The notes: generated from the letters alone by a model not told the origin. Positions 35,158-44,108 are shown, counted from the stretch's first letter. The stretch: DNA of 64,000 bases from an uncultured bacterium (GCA_964551475.1 CAZKCI010000023.1:7289-71288); one strand, 5' to 3'. Numbers and translations are program-made.

Positions 35158-37140
35158 TCACGTATCCTCATGTAACCTCTTTTTTCCCCGCAGGCACACC
35201 AGCGTATAGGCGAAGAGCACCGCGGAGGCGATAATCCCCGGCATGAGATACGAGGGCCTCTCCAGGCGGTCCATGAAGGGGAGGATGATCCGGTCCTTCC
35301 AAGCGGGGATGACCACCGGAGGGGGGCGGGACAAGCGCTCCTGAAGACGCCCCAGGGCGCCATCGTCCGAGCTGAGCTCCTGGTTGACGCGGAGCACCTC
35401 CCGGGCCGGGATGACCCTGATCCGGGGGTCAAAATCGGACGCGGGGCGGCGGTAGAGACCCCAGTAGTAGAACTCGTTCTCGTAGAGCATCGGCCGGTAG
35501 GAGAGATAGGAGGGGCAGGCGAAAGCGGTCGCCCGGCAGAGGCGGAAGGTCTCGGCCATCCCCAGTTGCTCCTTGGTGTGGTAGAACCAGGCGCCGTGGG
35601 CGATCCCGATGTAGTCGGAATACATGATGTAGGGTCGGTGGTGGGAGTTGATATAGGCGTCGAGCTCCTTCCAATCGTGGAAGAAGGACATGGTCGGCCA
35701 GAGGTCCCACTGCTGCATGTTCATCGTCGCCACCTGGCCCCGGAGCTGGTTGCGCTCTTCCCACAGACCATAGCGGTAGGGCCCCTGGCGGCTCAAACGA
35801 TAGTCCGACAGGCGAAAAAAGTTGAGCGCCGCCACGGCGACGGCCAGGGCGCAGAGAGGCCAGACCGCCCGGCGGAAACGGGAAAGAAGCGCGGAGACGC
35901 CGAGGCCCGTGATGACCGCGGCGAGAAGAAGGGCGGAGTAGTAGTGACGCGCCACCTGCGTCCCGCTGGTGTAGTTCATGATCACCGCCACTCCGATGAA
36001 GACCGCGGCCAGGCGAAGGCTCTCATCGTCCGCCGAATCTTTTCGGAGCAGGCGGACGAGAAGAAAGGCCAGCGCGGCGACGACCGCCACCAGGACCGGC
36101 CAGCCGTCGCTGTCCTTCAGGTGGCGGAAGAAGTAGAGGTGGTCGGCCGGAAGAGAGCCGGTGTGCGAGGCGTTGTCCTGGAAGGACTCCAGGAGGCGGC
36201 GGGGAAAAGGAACGTATCCGACCCGGGCAAAATCGATGGCGAAGGAGTCGGCGGAGGGGAATCGGCTGATCACCTCCCGGTTCTGGGCAAAAACTCGGAA
36301 CGAGGCGTAGTTCACCCCTTCCCAGGCGGCCAGGGGCAGGATGAAACCGAGGCTGAAGACGGCGAGGAGGAGGATCTGGCGGAGGGGACGGAAACGGCGG
36401 GCGGCGGCGACGAGGCGCCGGAGGAGCTCGAAGAGGCAGACGAAGAGAGCCGGCCAGACCAGGGAAATCGAGTAATAGACGGAGACGCCGAGAAAAACGC
36501 CGAAGCAGAGCGCGCGCAGGACGCTGTCGCGGCGGGTGGCGCCGGGAGCGGCCAGGAGGGCGAGGCAAAACCAGAGGCCGCCGCCCGCCGTGTGCAGGAC
36601 CCAGGTGGAGTAGCGGACCGCCCAGGGGGAGACCGCGAGCAACAAGGCGGCGGCGCAGCCGGCGGGGAAACCTCCCAGGCGACGGGCCAGGAAGAAGACG
36701 ACGAGCACGGTCGCCGTTCCCAGGACGGCCATCCAGATGTGCAGCCGCCGGATGTTCTCGTAGGGGTCGTTCGTGCGCAGATTAAAAACGGCGCTGACCA
36801 GGCCGATCTCCAGGATGAAGAGCGGCTTGGCGAAGGAGGTCACCTTCTTGTTGACATCCCAGTGGGAGAGATAAGCCGCGGCCAGAAAGGGCGCCTGGAA
36901 GCGGGGGAAATAGTATTTCTCCGCCCGCAGGATCTTCTCAAAGTTGTAGACGTGATCGGGGATGTGAACGCGGAACTCGACGTCGTCGCCCCCAACCTGG
37001 GAGAAATGCTCGAGCCCCCAGAAACGGAAAAGAGCGGCGAGAGCCACGCTGGCCAGGGGGACCAGCCAGCGCCAGCGGCGACGCGGAGAGAGGACAGCGG
37101 GGGAAGCAGCGGGGGGTGAGGCTGTGGCGGCGACGATCAT
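35158..37140 (-). CDS. GT-C fold membrane glycosyltransferase (ArnT/PMT-like) with C-terminal YENEFYYWG domain; paralogue of the two modules in 23719..27426
   Basis: GGDDVEF first-loop motif, FAKPLFILEIG, SPWAVRYSTW, C-terminal PYIMYSDYIGIAHGAWFYHTKE...LYENEFYYWGLYRRPASDFDPRIRVIP. Confidence 0.65.
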   Translation of the reverse strand: MIVAATASPPAASPAVLSPRRRWRWLVPLASVALAALFRFWGLEHFSQVGGDDVEFRVHIPDHVYNFEKILRAEKYYFPRFQAPFLAAAYLSHWDVNKKVTSFAKPLFILEIGLVSAVFNLRTNDPYENIRRLHIWMAVLGTATVLVVFFLARRLGGFPAGCAAALLLAVSPWAVRYSTWVLHTAGGGLWFCLALLAAPGATRRDSVLRALCFGVFLGVSVYYSISLVWPALFVCLFELLRRLVAAARRFRPLRQILLLAVFSLGFILPLAAWEGVNYASFRVFAQNREVISRFPSADSFAIDFARVGYVPFPRRLLESFQDNASHTGSLPADHLYFFRHLKDSDGWPVLVAVVAALAFLLVRLLRKDSADDESLRLAAVFIGVAVIMNYTSGTQVARHYYSALLLAAVITGLGVSALLSRFRRAVWPLCALAVAVAALNFFRLSDYRLSRQGPYRYGLWEERNQLRGQVATMNMQQWDLWPTMSFFHDWKELDAYINSHHRPYIMYSDYIGIAHGAWFYHTKEQLGMAETFRLCRATAFACPSYLSYRPMLYENEFYYWGLYRRPASDFDPRIRVIPAREVLRVNQELSSDDGALGRLQERLSRPPPVVIPAWKDRIILPFMDRLERPSYLMPGIIASAVLFAYTLVCLRGKKRLHEDT

Positions 37141-37159
37141 TGTCCCGAAATGATACCAG

Positions 37160-37205
37160 ATGAAGAGGACGGACGTTGAATTTTAAGCTATTCGCCTCAA
37201 GGCGA
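37160..37205. terminator. Short hairpin (ATTCGCC-tcaa-GGCGAAT) flanked by direct repeats TTGAATTTTA
   Basis: Lies downstream of era stop and upstream of the GT-C gene start; weak U-tract on the minus-strand reading. Confidence 0.3.
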
Positions 37206-37217
37206 ATGACTTGAATT

Positions 37218-38108
37218 TTAGCGTCCGCCCCCCAGTCCGAACTCCCTGAGGCTCGCTTCGTTTCGCCGCCACTTCTCGCGGACCTTCACCCGCAGGTCGA
37301 GGAAGACCGGCCGGCCCAGGAACCGCTCGATCCGGCCGCGGGCGGCGGTCCCGATCTTCTTGATCATCTCTCCGCCCTTGCCCACTACGATTCCCTTCTG
37401 GGAGTCCCGCTCCACGTGGATGGTGGCGGCGATGAGAAGCTTGCGCCGGTCTTCGCCCTCCAAATATTCCTCGATCGTCACCGCGCTGGCGTAGGGAATC
37501 TCCTGGCGGGTCAGAAGATACATCTGCTCGCGGATGAACTCCCGAACCAGGTCGCGCTCCGGCTGGTCGGAGAGCTGGTCGGCCGGAAAGAGCGGCGGCC
37601 CTTCGGGAAGATGCGACCAGGTGGCCTGGAGCAGGCGGTCCACGTTGGTGCCGGTTTTCGCGGAGACGGGCACGACCTCGCGGAAGGGCGCCAGCTTCAC
37701 GAAATACTCGATCAGGGGGAGCAGGGCGGGCTTCGCGATCAAGTCGACCTTGTTGAGGACGAGGAAGGAGGGCACGGAGGCGACGAGTCCCGCGTCGAAC
37801 TGAGGCGGGGCGGCCGCTCCCCGACGGCAGTCCGCCAGCCAGTAGATGAGATCGGACTCGTGGAGCGCCCGTTTCGCGGAGGCCACCATGTGGGCGCCGC
37901 AGAGGTCCTGGGGCGCATGGAGACCCGGCGTGTCCACAAAGATGATCTGCCCCGCCTCCGCGGTGAGGATGCCGCGCACCGTGTTCCAGGTGGTCTGGGG
38001 CTTGGGAGAGACGATGGCGAGGGGCTCGCCGACCAGGCGGTTGAGGAGCGTGGACTTGCCCACATTGGGCTCACCCACCAAGCTGACGAATCCGCAGACG
38101 GGGTTCAT
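37218..38108 (-). CDS. era: GTPase Era
   Basis: G1 GEPNVGKST, G3 DTPG, NKVD G4, C-terminal KH domain region, ~296 aa. Confidence 0.9.
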   Translation of the reverse strand: MNPVCGFVSLVGEPNVGKSTLLNRLVGEPLAIVSPKPQTTWNTVRGILTAEAGQIIFVDTPGLHAPQDLCGAHMVASAKRALHESDLIYWLADCRRGAAAPPQFDAGLVASVPSFLVLNKVDLIAKPALLPLIEYFVKLAPFREVVPVSAKTGTNVDRLLQATWSHLPEGPPLFPADQLSDQPERDLVREFIREQMYLLTRQEIPYASAVTIEEYLEGEDRRKLLIAATIHVERDSQKGIVVGKGGEMIKKIGTAARGRIERFLGRPVFLDLRVKVREKWRRNEASLREFGLGGGR

Positions 38109-38171
38109 CGGGAGGCGCTTTCCGCCGAAAATATTTTCATGATCCGAAGATGGTTTTTCAAAGCATTATTT

Positions 38172-38229
38172 TGGTCGATGGGTAAGGGAGAGGAAGTGGG
38201 TTTGGTCGACCAGGCCCACTTCCTAATTA
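38172..38229. repeat. Family A repeat, short copy (ggtcgatgggtaagggagaggaagtgggtttggtcgacc...cccacttcc)
   Basis: Shares the GATGGGTAAGGG / GAAGTGGGTTTGG units with copies 54003 and 58607. Confidence 0.6.
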
Positions 38230-38231
38230 TT

Positions 38232-38765
38232 CTAGGTTTTACGGCGGGAGAGGAACTCGCCCAGGGCAGCCAGGATCTCGTCCACCAGGATATTGCCGAA
38301 GACCCGGGGATGGCGCCATTTCAGCTCTTCCTGGAGGAAAAGCTCCCCGACCGTGTCCACGCCTTTGCCGCCGATCGCCTTCCGGAGGGGCGCGCTCAGG
38401 GAGAGACGTTCGAGCGGGGTGGAGCGGACGCGCGCATGGGCAAGGATGTCGTCCACGCCCCGGTCGAGAAAGTTCAGGGCGAAGATATAGCGGAATTTGG
38501 ATCCGACCCAGAACCGGGAGAGCTCCCGCTGGAGCTCCTTGCGAATCTGTTGGTCGAGGCACAGATGAGAGACCTGCTTGCGCACGCTGGCCTCCACCAC
38601 CTCGCTCAGCGTCTTCAAGCGGTGGGCCTTGAGCCACTTTTTCGCCCGGGCGCTCACCGGGAGGACATCGGCCGACAGACGGCCCAAATCCTGCAGGCGG
38701 GGCGGATTGGCCAGGGAGTTGGGGGAGGTGAAAGCAAATTCCTTTTGTACGATCTTCCTGGCCAT
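38232..38765 (-). CDS. Hypothetical protein with two to three RNA polymerase alpha C-terminal-domain-like helix-hairpin-helix motifs
   Basis: LSARAKKWLKAHRLKTLSEVV, LSLSAPLRKAIGGKGVDTVGELF, VFGNILVDEILAALG resemble RpoA alpha-CTD HhH repeats. Confidence 0.35.
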   Translation of the reverse strand: MARKIVQKEFAFTSPNSLANPPRLQDLGRLSADVLPVSARAKKWLKAHRLKTLSEVVEASVRKQVSHLCLDQQIRKELQRELSRFWVGSKFRYIFALNFLDRGVDDILAHARVRSTPLERLSLSAPLRKAIGGKGVDTVGELFLQEELKWRHPRVFGNILVDEILAALGEFLSRRKT

Positions 38766-38940
38766 AACGAGAGGAGAGTGGGTGACGACGGGTTAAGTAT
38801 ATCCGGACGGGGAATCCGGCAACAATCTATTTCGCTTTCGAATCGGCCGCGGGAGCGCTGCTGGGGGTCGCTGTTTTCCCTGGTATTCGGCAGGCTGCTC
38901 TGGTATCTTGGCTGGCGCTCAGTGACCATGGGAGGCGAGC

Positions 38941-39144
38941 GTGAGCGCCGGTGACGGTTACTTCTACTGCTTCTCCTGCAAGAAATTCTTCCAGAGCCAG
39001 AACCCGGCTTGCCGGCGCTGCGGCAAAGGTTGCGCCCCCGCCCGCAGAGAGCTCCTCCGCTCCACCCCGCGCGTGGACATCTATCAGATCTTCGTGGGAA
39101 ACTCCCTGGTGGGCAATCAGCGGGTGGAAAAACCCTCCGTTTAG
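38941..39144 (+). CDS. Small hypothetical zinc-ribbon-like protein (CxxC...CxxC)
   Basis: GTG start preceded by gggaggcgagc; YCFSCKKF...CRRCGKGC; 4-nt convergent overlap with the MazG-like gene. Confidence 0.3.
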   Translation: MSAGDGYFYCFSCKKFFQSQNPACRRCGKGCAPARRELLRSTPRVDIYQIFVGNSLVGNQRVEKPSV

Positions 39145-39452
39145 CTCTCCGTCACCCTCACCGTTCCCCGCACCATCCGGCTTTTGCGCTTCATTATCCT
39201 GCGCATCTTCGCCCAGAAGGCCTTCTCCAGGTCGAAGTCCAGCGAGACCGCGTTCCCGATCAGAAGGATCAGGAGGTCGGCGTGCTCCTCGATCAGATCC
39301 CGGCGGGGACGGCCCTTGGTCAGGCACTGGCAGATCTCCCCCACCTCCTCCATGATCAGGTTCATGCGGTGGAGGATCTCCTCTCCGCCCCGCTCCTGCA
39401 GCCGGTGGTGGCGATGAAAACCCCGGACCGCCTCGATCATCTCTTTCATCAC
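39141..39452 (-). CDS. MazG-like nucleotide pyrophosphohydrolase domain protein (all-alpha NTP-PPase)
   Basis: EE.GE....L.KG pattern: IMEEVGEICQCLTKGRPRRDLIEEHADLLILLIGNAVSLDFDLEKAFWAKMRR. Confidence 0.55.
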   Translation of the reverse strand: MMKEMIEAVRGFHRHHRLQERGGEEILHRMNLIMEEVGEICQCLTKGRPRRDLIEEHADLLILLIGNAVSLDFDLEKAFWAKMRRIMKRKSRMVRGTVRVTES

Positions 39453-39673
39453 GAGCGGAAAACGTAATCGACGATGGGGTCGATGTGGCGGTAGTAGTCG
39501 GGGAGGTCGAAAAGCTCGTTCTCCCAGGCGGCATTCGCCTTCAAGCGGGCCTTGACCTCGGCGGCGTCATAGCCGAGATCGCGCAGCATCACCGCCCGGT
39601 CCTTGACCTCGTACATGTGCATCTTCTCAAACGCGTTCTGATACTGGTGCTTCTTCTCGGGATGCTTGGACAC
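39449..39673 (-). CDS. Small conserved hypothetical protein (~74 aa)
   Basis: GTG start with aggagg RBS 6 nt upstream; SKHPEKKHQYQNAFEKMHMYEVKDRAVMLRDLGYDAAEVKARLKANAAWENELF...; 4-nt overlap with the MazG-like gene; the listed ORF has an Arg-rich 5' extension judged spurious. Confidence 0.4.
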   Translation of the reverse strand: MSKHPEKKHQYQNAFEKMHMYEVKDRAVMLRDLGYDAAEVKARLKANAAWENELFDLPDYYRHIDPIVDYVFRS

Positions 39674-39769
39674 GGTCCGCCTCCTCTCTTCCGCCCGGAT
39701 GGTGCGATGCCGGGACGGAAGAAGTCTATCCCGGGAGCCCCCCCGCGGCAAGCCTTTCCCGGCTTGGCT

Positions 39770-39895
39770 GCAATGAACTACGAATTACGCGAATTTCGCG
39801 AATTAAACTCGACTTATCTCTACGAGTCCTTGGGGTATATGTTGCCTGGTCCCGCCGGGCCGAATTCGCGTAATTCGCGAAATTCGTAGTTAAAT
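39770..39895. repeat. Long inverted repeat in divergent promoter region (AACTACGAATTACGCGAATTTCGCGAATTAAACTCGAC ... GAATTCGCGTAATTCGCGAAATTCGTAGTTAAATTGCC)
   Basis: ~30-bp arms built of ATTCGCG/AATTACG units separated by ~45 nt; related ATTCGCG-unit tracts at 40830-40900, 44320-44345, 51795-51815. Confidence 0.7.
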
Positions 39896-39948
39896 TGCCA
39901 GGCCCGGCCCGGTTTGACAGGGGCCGGACCGTGGGTTATGATTTCACT

Positions 39949-40203
39949 ATGGTCAAACCGGCCGTCAAATCGCTCCTGCTCGGCCTCGGCCTCGACTGCG
40001 CCGACGGGCACGTCCGCGTGACCAAAGGCCCCAACTTCCGCCTCTACGGAGGGGCGGAGGAGACCCACTCCCTGATGCAGGAGAAGGCCCTGAAGTTCAA
40101 CGAGCACCTGAAGCGCCGCGGAAAATCACTCGACGACATCTCCCGCCAGGAGTTCAAGGAAATCGCCGAGAAGATCGGCATGAAGTCCCCTCCTCCGGGC
40201 TGA
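39949..40203 (+). CDS. Conserved hypothetical small protein
   Basis: MVKPAVKSLLLGLGLDCADGHVRVTKGPNFRLYGGAEETHSLMQEKALKFNEHLKRRGKSLDD...; start set at the second in-frame ATG. Confidence 0.4.
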   Translation: MVKPAVKSLLLGLGLDCADGHVRVTKGPNFRLYGGAEETHSLMQEKALKFNEHLKRRGKSLDDISRQEFKEIAEKIGMKSPPPG

Positions 40204-40282
40204 ACCGACCTACCAATCAGCACCTGATTTCTCCGATAATCTTGCTCGGGTCTTTCCGTTTCAGAGAAATCAGAGTAATCGG

Positions 40283-40786
40283 GTGCTAGTTTTGCTTTTT
40301 TGCCGAGTCGGCGCACAACAGGAGGATCCCATCAGACTCCACCATCACACCTTTCTTTCCCTGGCCGGCTCCTCCCTCTTCTATCTTCTCACCCGGTCGC
40401 TCTCCGGAACACTCGCTTTCTTCCTCTCCGGGATCTTCATTGATCTCGATCACATCTTCGAATATGTCTACGCCTTCGGGGCGAGGTCATTCAGCGTGCG
40501 CCGGTTTTTCCGCGCCGCCCACGGCCATGAATACCGCCGCTATTTCCTCCTCGTCCACTCCTGGGAGATCGTCCTCGTCTTCTGGGCGGCGACGGCTTTT
40601 CTCTTGCCCTCTAACTGGGCAGTCGGCTTCTCCCTCGGATTCACGCTGCACATCCTGGCCGACCAGATCTACAACCCCTGCACGGCCCTGACCTACTTCC
40701 TCTGGTTCCGGATCCGCCACCGCTTCGACGGAGACATCCTCTTCCCGCCGGAGAAACGCGCTCGGCGGAAGATTTCCACGAATTGA
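40283..40786 (+). CDS. Membrane-bound metal-dependent hydrolase-like protein (YdjM/DUF457-like)
   Basis: 4-5 TM helices, His/Asp-containing loops (HHH, DLDH, HGHE). Confidence 0.35.
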   Translation: MLVLLFCRVGAQQEDPIRLHHHTFLSLAGSSLFYLLTRSLSGTLAFFLSGIFIDLDHIFEYVYAFGARSFSVRRFFRAAHGHEYRRYFLLVHSWEIVLVFWAATAFLLPSNWAVGFSLGFTLHILADQIYNPCTALTYFLWFRIRHRFDGDILFPPEKRARRKISTN

Positions 40787-40905
40787 CACGCCGGCGCGCC
40801 GTAGCGCTATAGCGCGCAGGCACGAATTTGCACGAAGGGGGCTTGACTCACAGTTAGCCCAGTTTCAATACGTGATAATTCGTGAAAATTCGTGGACAGT
40901 CCGGG

Positions 40906-43395
40906 TTAGCCGGGGCGGGAACGGCGGGCGGCGCGCAGGGACCAGACGGCCAGGGCGATCAGGGAGAGGAGGCTCAACGCACCGCCGATCCGGAACGAGA
41001 GCGGGCGGTAGGAGAAGACGACGCGGTGTTTCCCTCCCTCCAGGAAAACCGCCCGGAGAAGATAGTTGGCCCGATAAATCCGGCTTTCCTTCCCGTCCAC
41101 TGAGGCCTTCCAGCCCGGGGCAAAAGCGTCGGCGAGGAGGAGCCAGCCGGAGGCGGAGAGCTCGGCCTCGACCGTCAACTCCCCCGTCCCGCTCGCGACG
41201 ACGCGGGCCGAGCCTGTCCCTCCGGAGGCGGCGGCAGCGGGAGCATCTTCCAGAACAATGCATCGGCGGGGGTCGTAGCCGCGACGGGCCAGCTCCGAGA
41301 GGGCCGCCTCCCGCCCGCCGACGACCTTCTCGCCCCCCGAGATCAGCGCGCGCGGCCAGGCGCGAACGGACTCGCCGATCTCCCTCCCTCCGCTTTCATA
41401 AACCTTCCGGAAGCCCGACTCCTCCTGGATCGATCCCGCGGGACCGATCACGTATCTCCAATTGAGAAGGTCGAGCAGCGGAGACGACCTTTCAATCAGA
41501 GGCAACAGTTCTTCCGGCATCGCCCCGGTCCCCTGGCTCACCGAGACATATTCCAGGAAACGGAGACTCGCGTCCGCCTGGTAGCCGAGAAGGCAGGGAT
41601 AGCCGGCGAGCATCCCCCGGTTGAAATCGCCGGGATCGAGGCTCGAGTAGCGGTAGGGTTCCGTCCGGGACCGGAAAAACTCGGCCTCACCGGAGGGCCA
41701 GGAGAGGGGCGCGGCGGCGAAACCGGATGAGAAACGCCGAGCCCAGGGGATGAGTTCCAGAAGGGTCAGGACCAGAAGAGCCAGGGGAATCAATCGGGCG
41801 CGGCGGATGTCGGCCGCCTCTGTGAGGCGGCGCAGATACGCCCGCTCACAGAGCGGGCCTACAACCGGCGGGACGGCGATGATGAAGATCGCAGCGAGAG
41901 CGAGGGAGACGATCCCCAAACGCAAAAATGCGGACCGGAAGATCCCCCATCCCGCGGAGGCGAAGGGGCTTTTCTCGACCAGTCGCCGGGTGAAGGCGGG
42001 GTAGTTCGTCTCCGGGGGCGTTTCCCGCATCAGATCCTTCCACCACTCCGGCTGTCCGGGGACGACGATATCGTAGTGCCGTCCCTCCGTGAGCGTCTCT
42101 CTCACCCAGTTCTTCCACCACTCAGGGGGATCGCGGGGGGCGGTTATCAGAAATAACGACGATGCCAGAAAAACCAGGGCGCAAACTCCGCCGATCGATC
42201 GGAGAACAACCTTCTTTCCGCGGTGGGAGCGGAGGCACTCCGCTCCCACCGCGGAAAGAACGGAGATAAAAAAGGCGGCGAAAAACAGGAGCTTGGCCGA
42301 TCCCCGGAAGAGGCCGAAGCCCGGGAGGAATCGGTGGAGGAAGGGGAAGAGCGGCGTGGAGGCGCCGAGGGCGAGAAGAACGGCGAGAACCGCGAGGATG
42401 AAAAAACGCAGAATCATCCGATCGCGGCGGATGAATATTCCGGCCAGGGCGAGGAGGAGCGGCGCGATCCCCAGGTAGGCGCACATCTCCCAGAAGTAAT
42501 ACTGGCCCCAATATAAGCCGCGGACGGAGTCGCCGAGGGCGTCGGGGAGAAAGAAAGTGAGCAGGTTCAGGGGGGGAAGGGAGAAGTTGGCCGACCAGGC
42601 GATATCCGCCGACTTCCGGAACGATTCCCGCGAGACCTCGGCCGCCGGCAGGGACTGGACGGAGGAGAAACCCGCCGCGAAGATGAAAAAGACGGCCGCG
42701 CCGGCGAGCCAGCGCGGAACCTTCCCCCGCCAGGATGGGAATTCCAGCGCCAGGTCGCAAACGAGATAAAGGACCCCCAGGAGAAGCGTGTAATAGACAT
42801 ACTGGACATGGCCGGAGAGAAGCTGGAGGCCGCACAGCCCCCCGGCCAGAGCCGCGGAGAGAATCCGGCGCCGGCGGCGAAAGTCCTCCAGGCAGAGAAA
42901 GACCAGGGGAACCCAGGAGAGAGCGCAGACGTTGGAGAGGTGGCCGGCGTGGACGTGGAGGATGACCGGCGCGGAGAGGCTCAAGGACGAGGCGCCCAGA
43001 AGCGCGGGGAGAGCGCCCAAGCCCAGCTTTTTCAGGTACGCATACTGGAATAGCGCGAGCAGGAAGAGGTGGAGAAAAAAACTCAGATTGATCGCGGCGG
43101 CGACGGGGAGAAAAAGGAAGATGAGGTTCGGGGGATAGAAAAGCCCCGACTCGGGATAGGCGGCGAAGGGCGTTCCGCAGAGAACGAAAGGGTTCCAGAG
43201 GGGGAGGTTCCCCTTCGCCATCTCCCCGAAGCCGAAGGCGCGCCAGTAGTAATAGAGCGTGCCGACATCGCCCTCCGGGCGGGAGAGAACCCAGCCGGAG
43301 ACGGGAGAAACGATCGCCTCGTGGAAGACCGCGGCCACGAGGACCAGGAGGAGGAGAAAGGGGATCAGGGAGGCGATGGAGGGAAGGCGTCGCAT
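40906..43395 (-). CDS. YfhO-family membrane protein (putative GT-C glycosyltransferase)
   Basis: 829 aa; N-terminal LYYYWRAFGFGEMAKGNLPLWNPFVLCGTPFAAYPESGLFYPPN matches the YfhO N-terminal consensus; many TMs plus a C-terminal TM anchor. Confidence 0.7.
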   Translation of the reverse strand: MRRLPSIASLIPFLLLLVLVAAVFHEAIVSPVSGWVLSRPEGDVGTLYYYWRAFGFGEMAKGNLPLWNPFVLCGTPFAAYPESGLFYPPNLIFLFLPVAAAINLSFFLHLFLLALFQYAYLKKLGLGALPALLGASSLSLSAPVILHVHAGHLSNVCALSWVPLVFLCLEDFRRRRRILSAALAGGLCGLQLLSGHVQYVYYTLLLGVLYLVCDLALEFPSWRGKVPRWLAGAAVFFIFAAGFSSVQSLPAAEVSRESFRKSADIAWSANFSLPPLNLLTFFLPDALGDSVRGLYWGQYYFWEMCAYLGIAPLLLALAGIFIRRDRMILRFFILAVLAVLLALGASTPLFPFLHRFLPGFGLFRGSAKLLFFAAFFISVLSAVGAECLRSHRGKKVVLRSIGGVCALVFLASSLFLITAPRDPPEWWKNWVRETLTEGRHYDIVVPGQPEWWKDLMRETPPETNYPAFTRRLVEKSPFASAGWGIFRSAFLRLGIVSLALAAIFIIAVPPVVGPLCERAYLRRLTEAADIRRARLIPLALLVLTLLELIPWARRFSSGFAAAPLSWPSGEAEFFRSRTEPYRYSSLDPGDFNRGMLAGYPCLLGYQADASLRFLEYVSVSQGTGAMPEELLPLIERSSPLLDLLNWRYVIGPAGSIQEESGFRKVYESGGREIGESVRAWPRALISGGEKVVGGREAALSELARRGYDPRRCIVLEDAPAAAASGGTGSARVVASGTGELTVEAELSASGWLLLADAFAPGWKASVDGKESRIYRANYLLRAVFLEGGKHRVVFSYRPLSFRIGGALSLLSLIALAVWSLRAARRSRPG

Positions 43396-43453
43396 CGGCT
43401 GGCGGATCAGTCCGGGAAACCCGACAATGATTTTCCCCGCGACTGAATGAAGA

Positions 43454-43816
43454 TTACGCTCCGCCGCCCGTAGGCGGTGCAGGGAGCAGGGGTGGGATGA
43501 AAGCTATCAGCTCGGGGATCCGTTCAGTGGCGACTTTCCACATGAGTTCGTGCTTGATCTCTCCATAATTGTGAGCAAGAACATTGCGCATCCCGACGAT
43601 CCGCTTCCAGGGGATTTCGGGATGAGCATCGCAAAAATCCCGAGAAACCTTCCCCGCCGCTTCCCCAATGATCTCTTTGTGCCGTTCGACCGCTCCCCGG
43701 AGCATTCGATTGTCCAAATATTCCTTAACGGTTTTCCCCGAAATAAAACTGCGTACGGCTAAAGCCGCATCCAGCATATCCCACAAATTGGCGTAATCGT
43801 TTGAGTCAGGCCGCAT
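43454..43816 (-). CDS. hepT: HepT-like toxin (DUF86 RNase, Rx4HxY motif)
   Basis: RNVLAHNYG motif, ~120 aa, immediately downstream of the MntA-like nucleotidyltransferase. Confidence 0.75.
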   Translation of the reverse strand: MRPDSNDYANLWDMLDAALAVRSFISGKTVKEYLDNRMLRGAVERHKEIIGEAAGKVSRDFCDAHPEIPWKRIVGMRNVLAHNYGEIKHELMWKVATERIPELIAFIPPLLPAPPTGGGA

Positions 43817-44108
43817 AAATCACCTGCCGGTTTTCCAAAATCTCCTTTCTGCGAAAGGGATTCCGCAATCCGGATTTTTCCACCAGATCTACATCCCGTC
43901 CGAAAATCTCCCGAAGCTCTTCGATCATCTCCACCCATTCGAACAGGCTCCAGGGGGCATCCGCCGCCAAACTGATCATGACATCGACATCGCTGTCCGG
44001 TCGGAACTCGTCCCGCAATATCGAGCCGAAAAGGGACAACTCGACGATTTTCCATTTCCGGCAGAAATCGGCGATTTTGATCGTATCTATTTTGATTTTT
44101 GGATTCAT
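43806..44108 (-). CDS. mntA: MntA-like minimal nucleotidyltransferase antitoxin
   Basis: FGSILRDEFRPDSDVDV (GSx9-13DxD NTase motif), 100 aa; 11-nt overlap with hepT; a hairpin cgttcggt-aaaacaa-ccgaacaac lies just upstream of its start (44116-44140). Confidence 0.75.
   Translation of the reverse strand: MNPKIKIDTIKIADFCRKWKIVELSLFGSILRDEFRPDSDVDVMISLAADAPWSLFEWVEMIEELREIFGRDVDLVEKSGLRNPFRRKEILENRQVIYAA

Noticed and set aside
40800-40860. tRNA-like start GCGCCGTAGCGCTATAGCGCGCAGGCACGAATTTGCACG
   Set aside because: GCGCTATAGCGC is a simple palindrome. No T-arm/GTTCGAATC-like motif or acceptor-stem complementarity was found, so it is not a tRNA.
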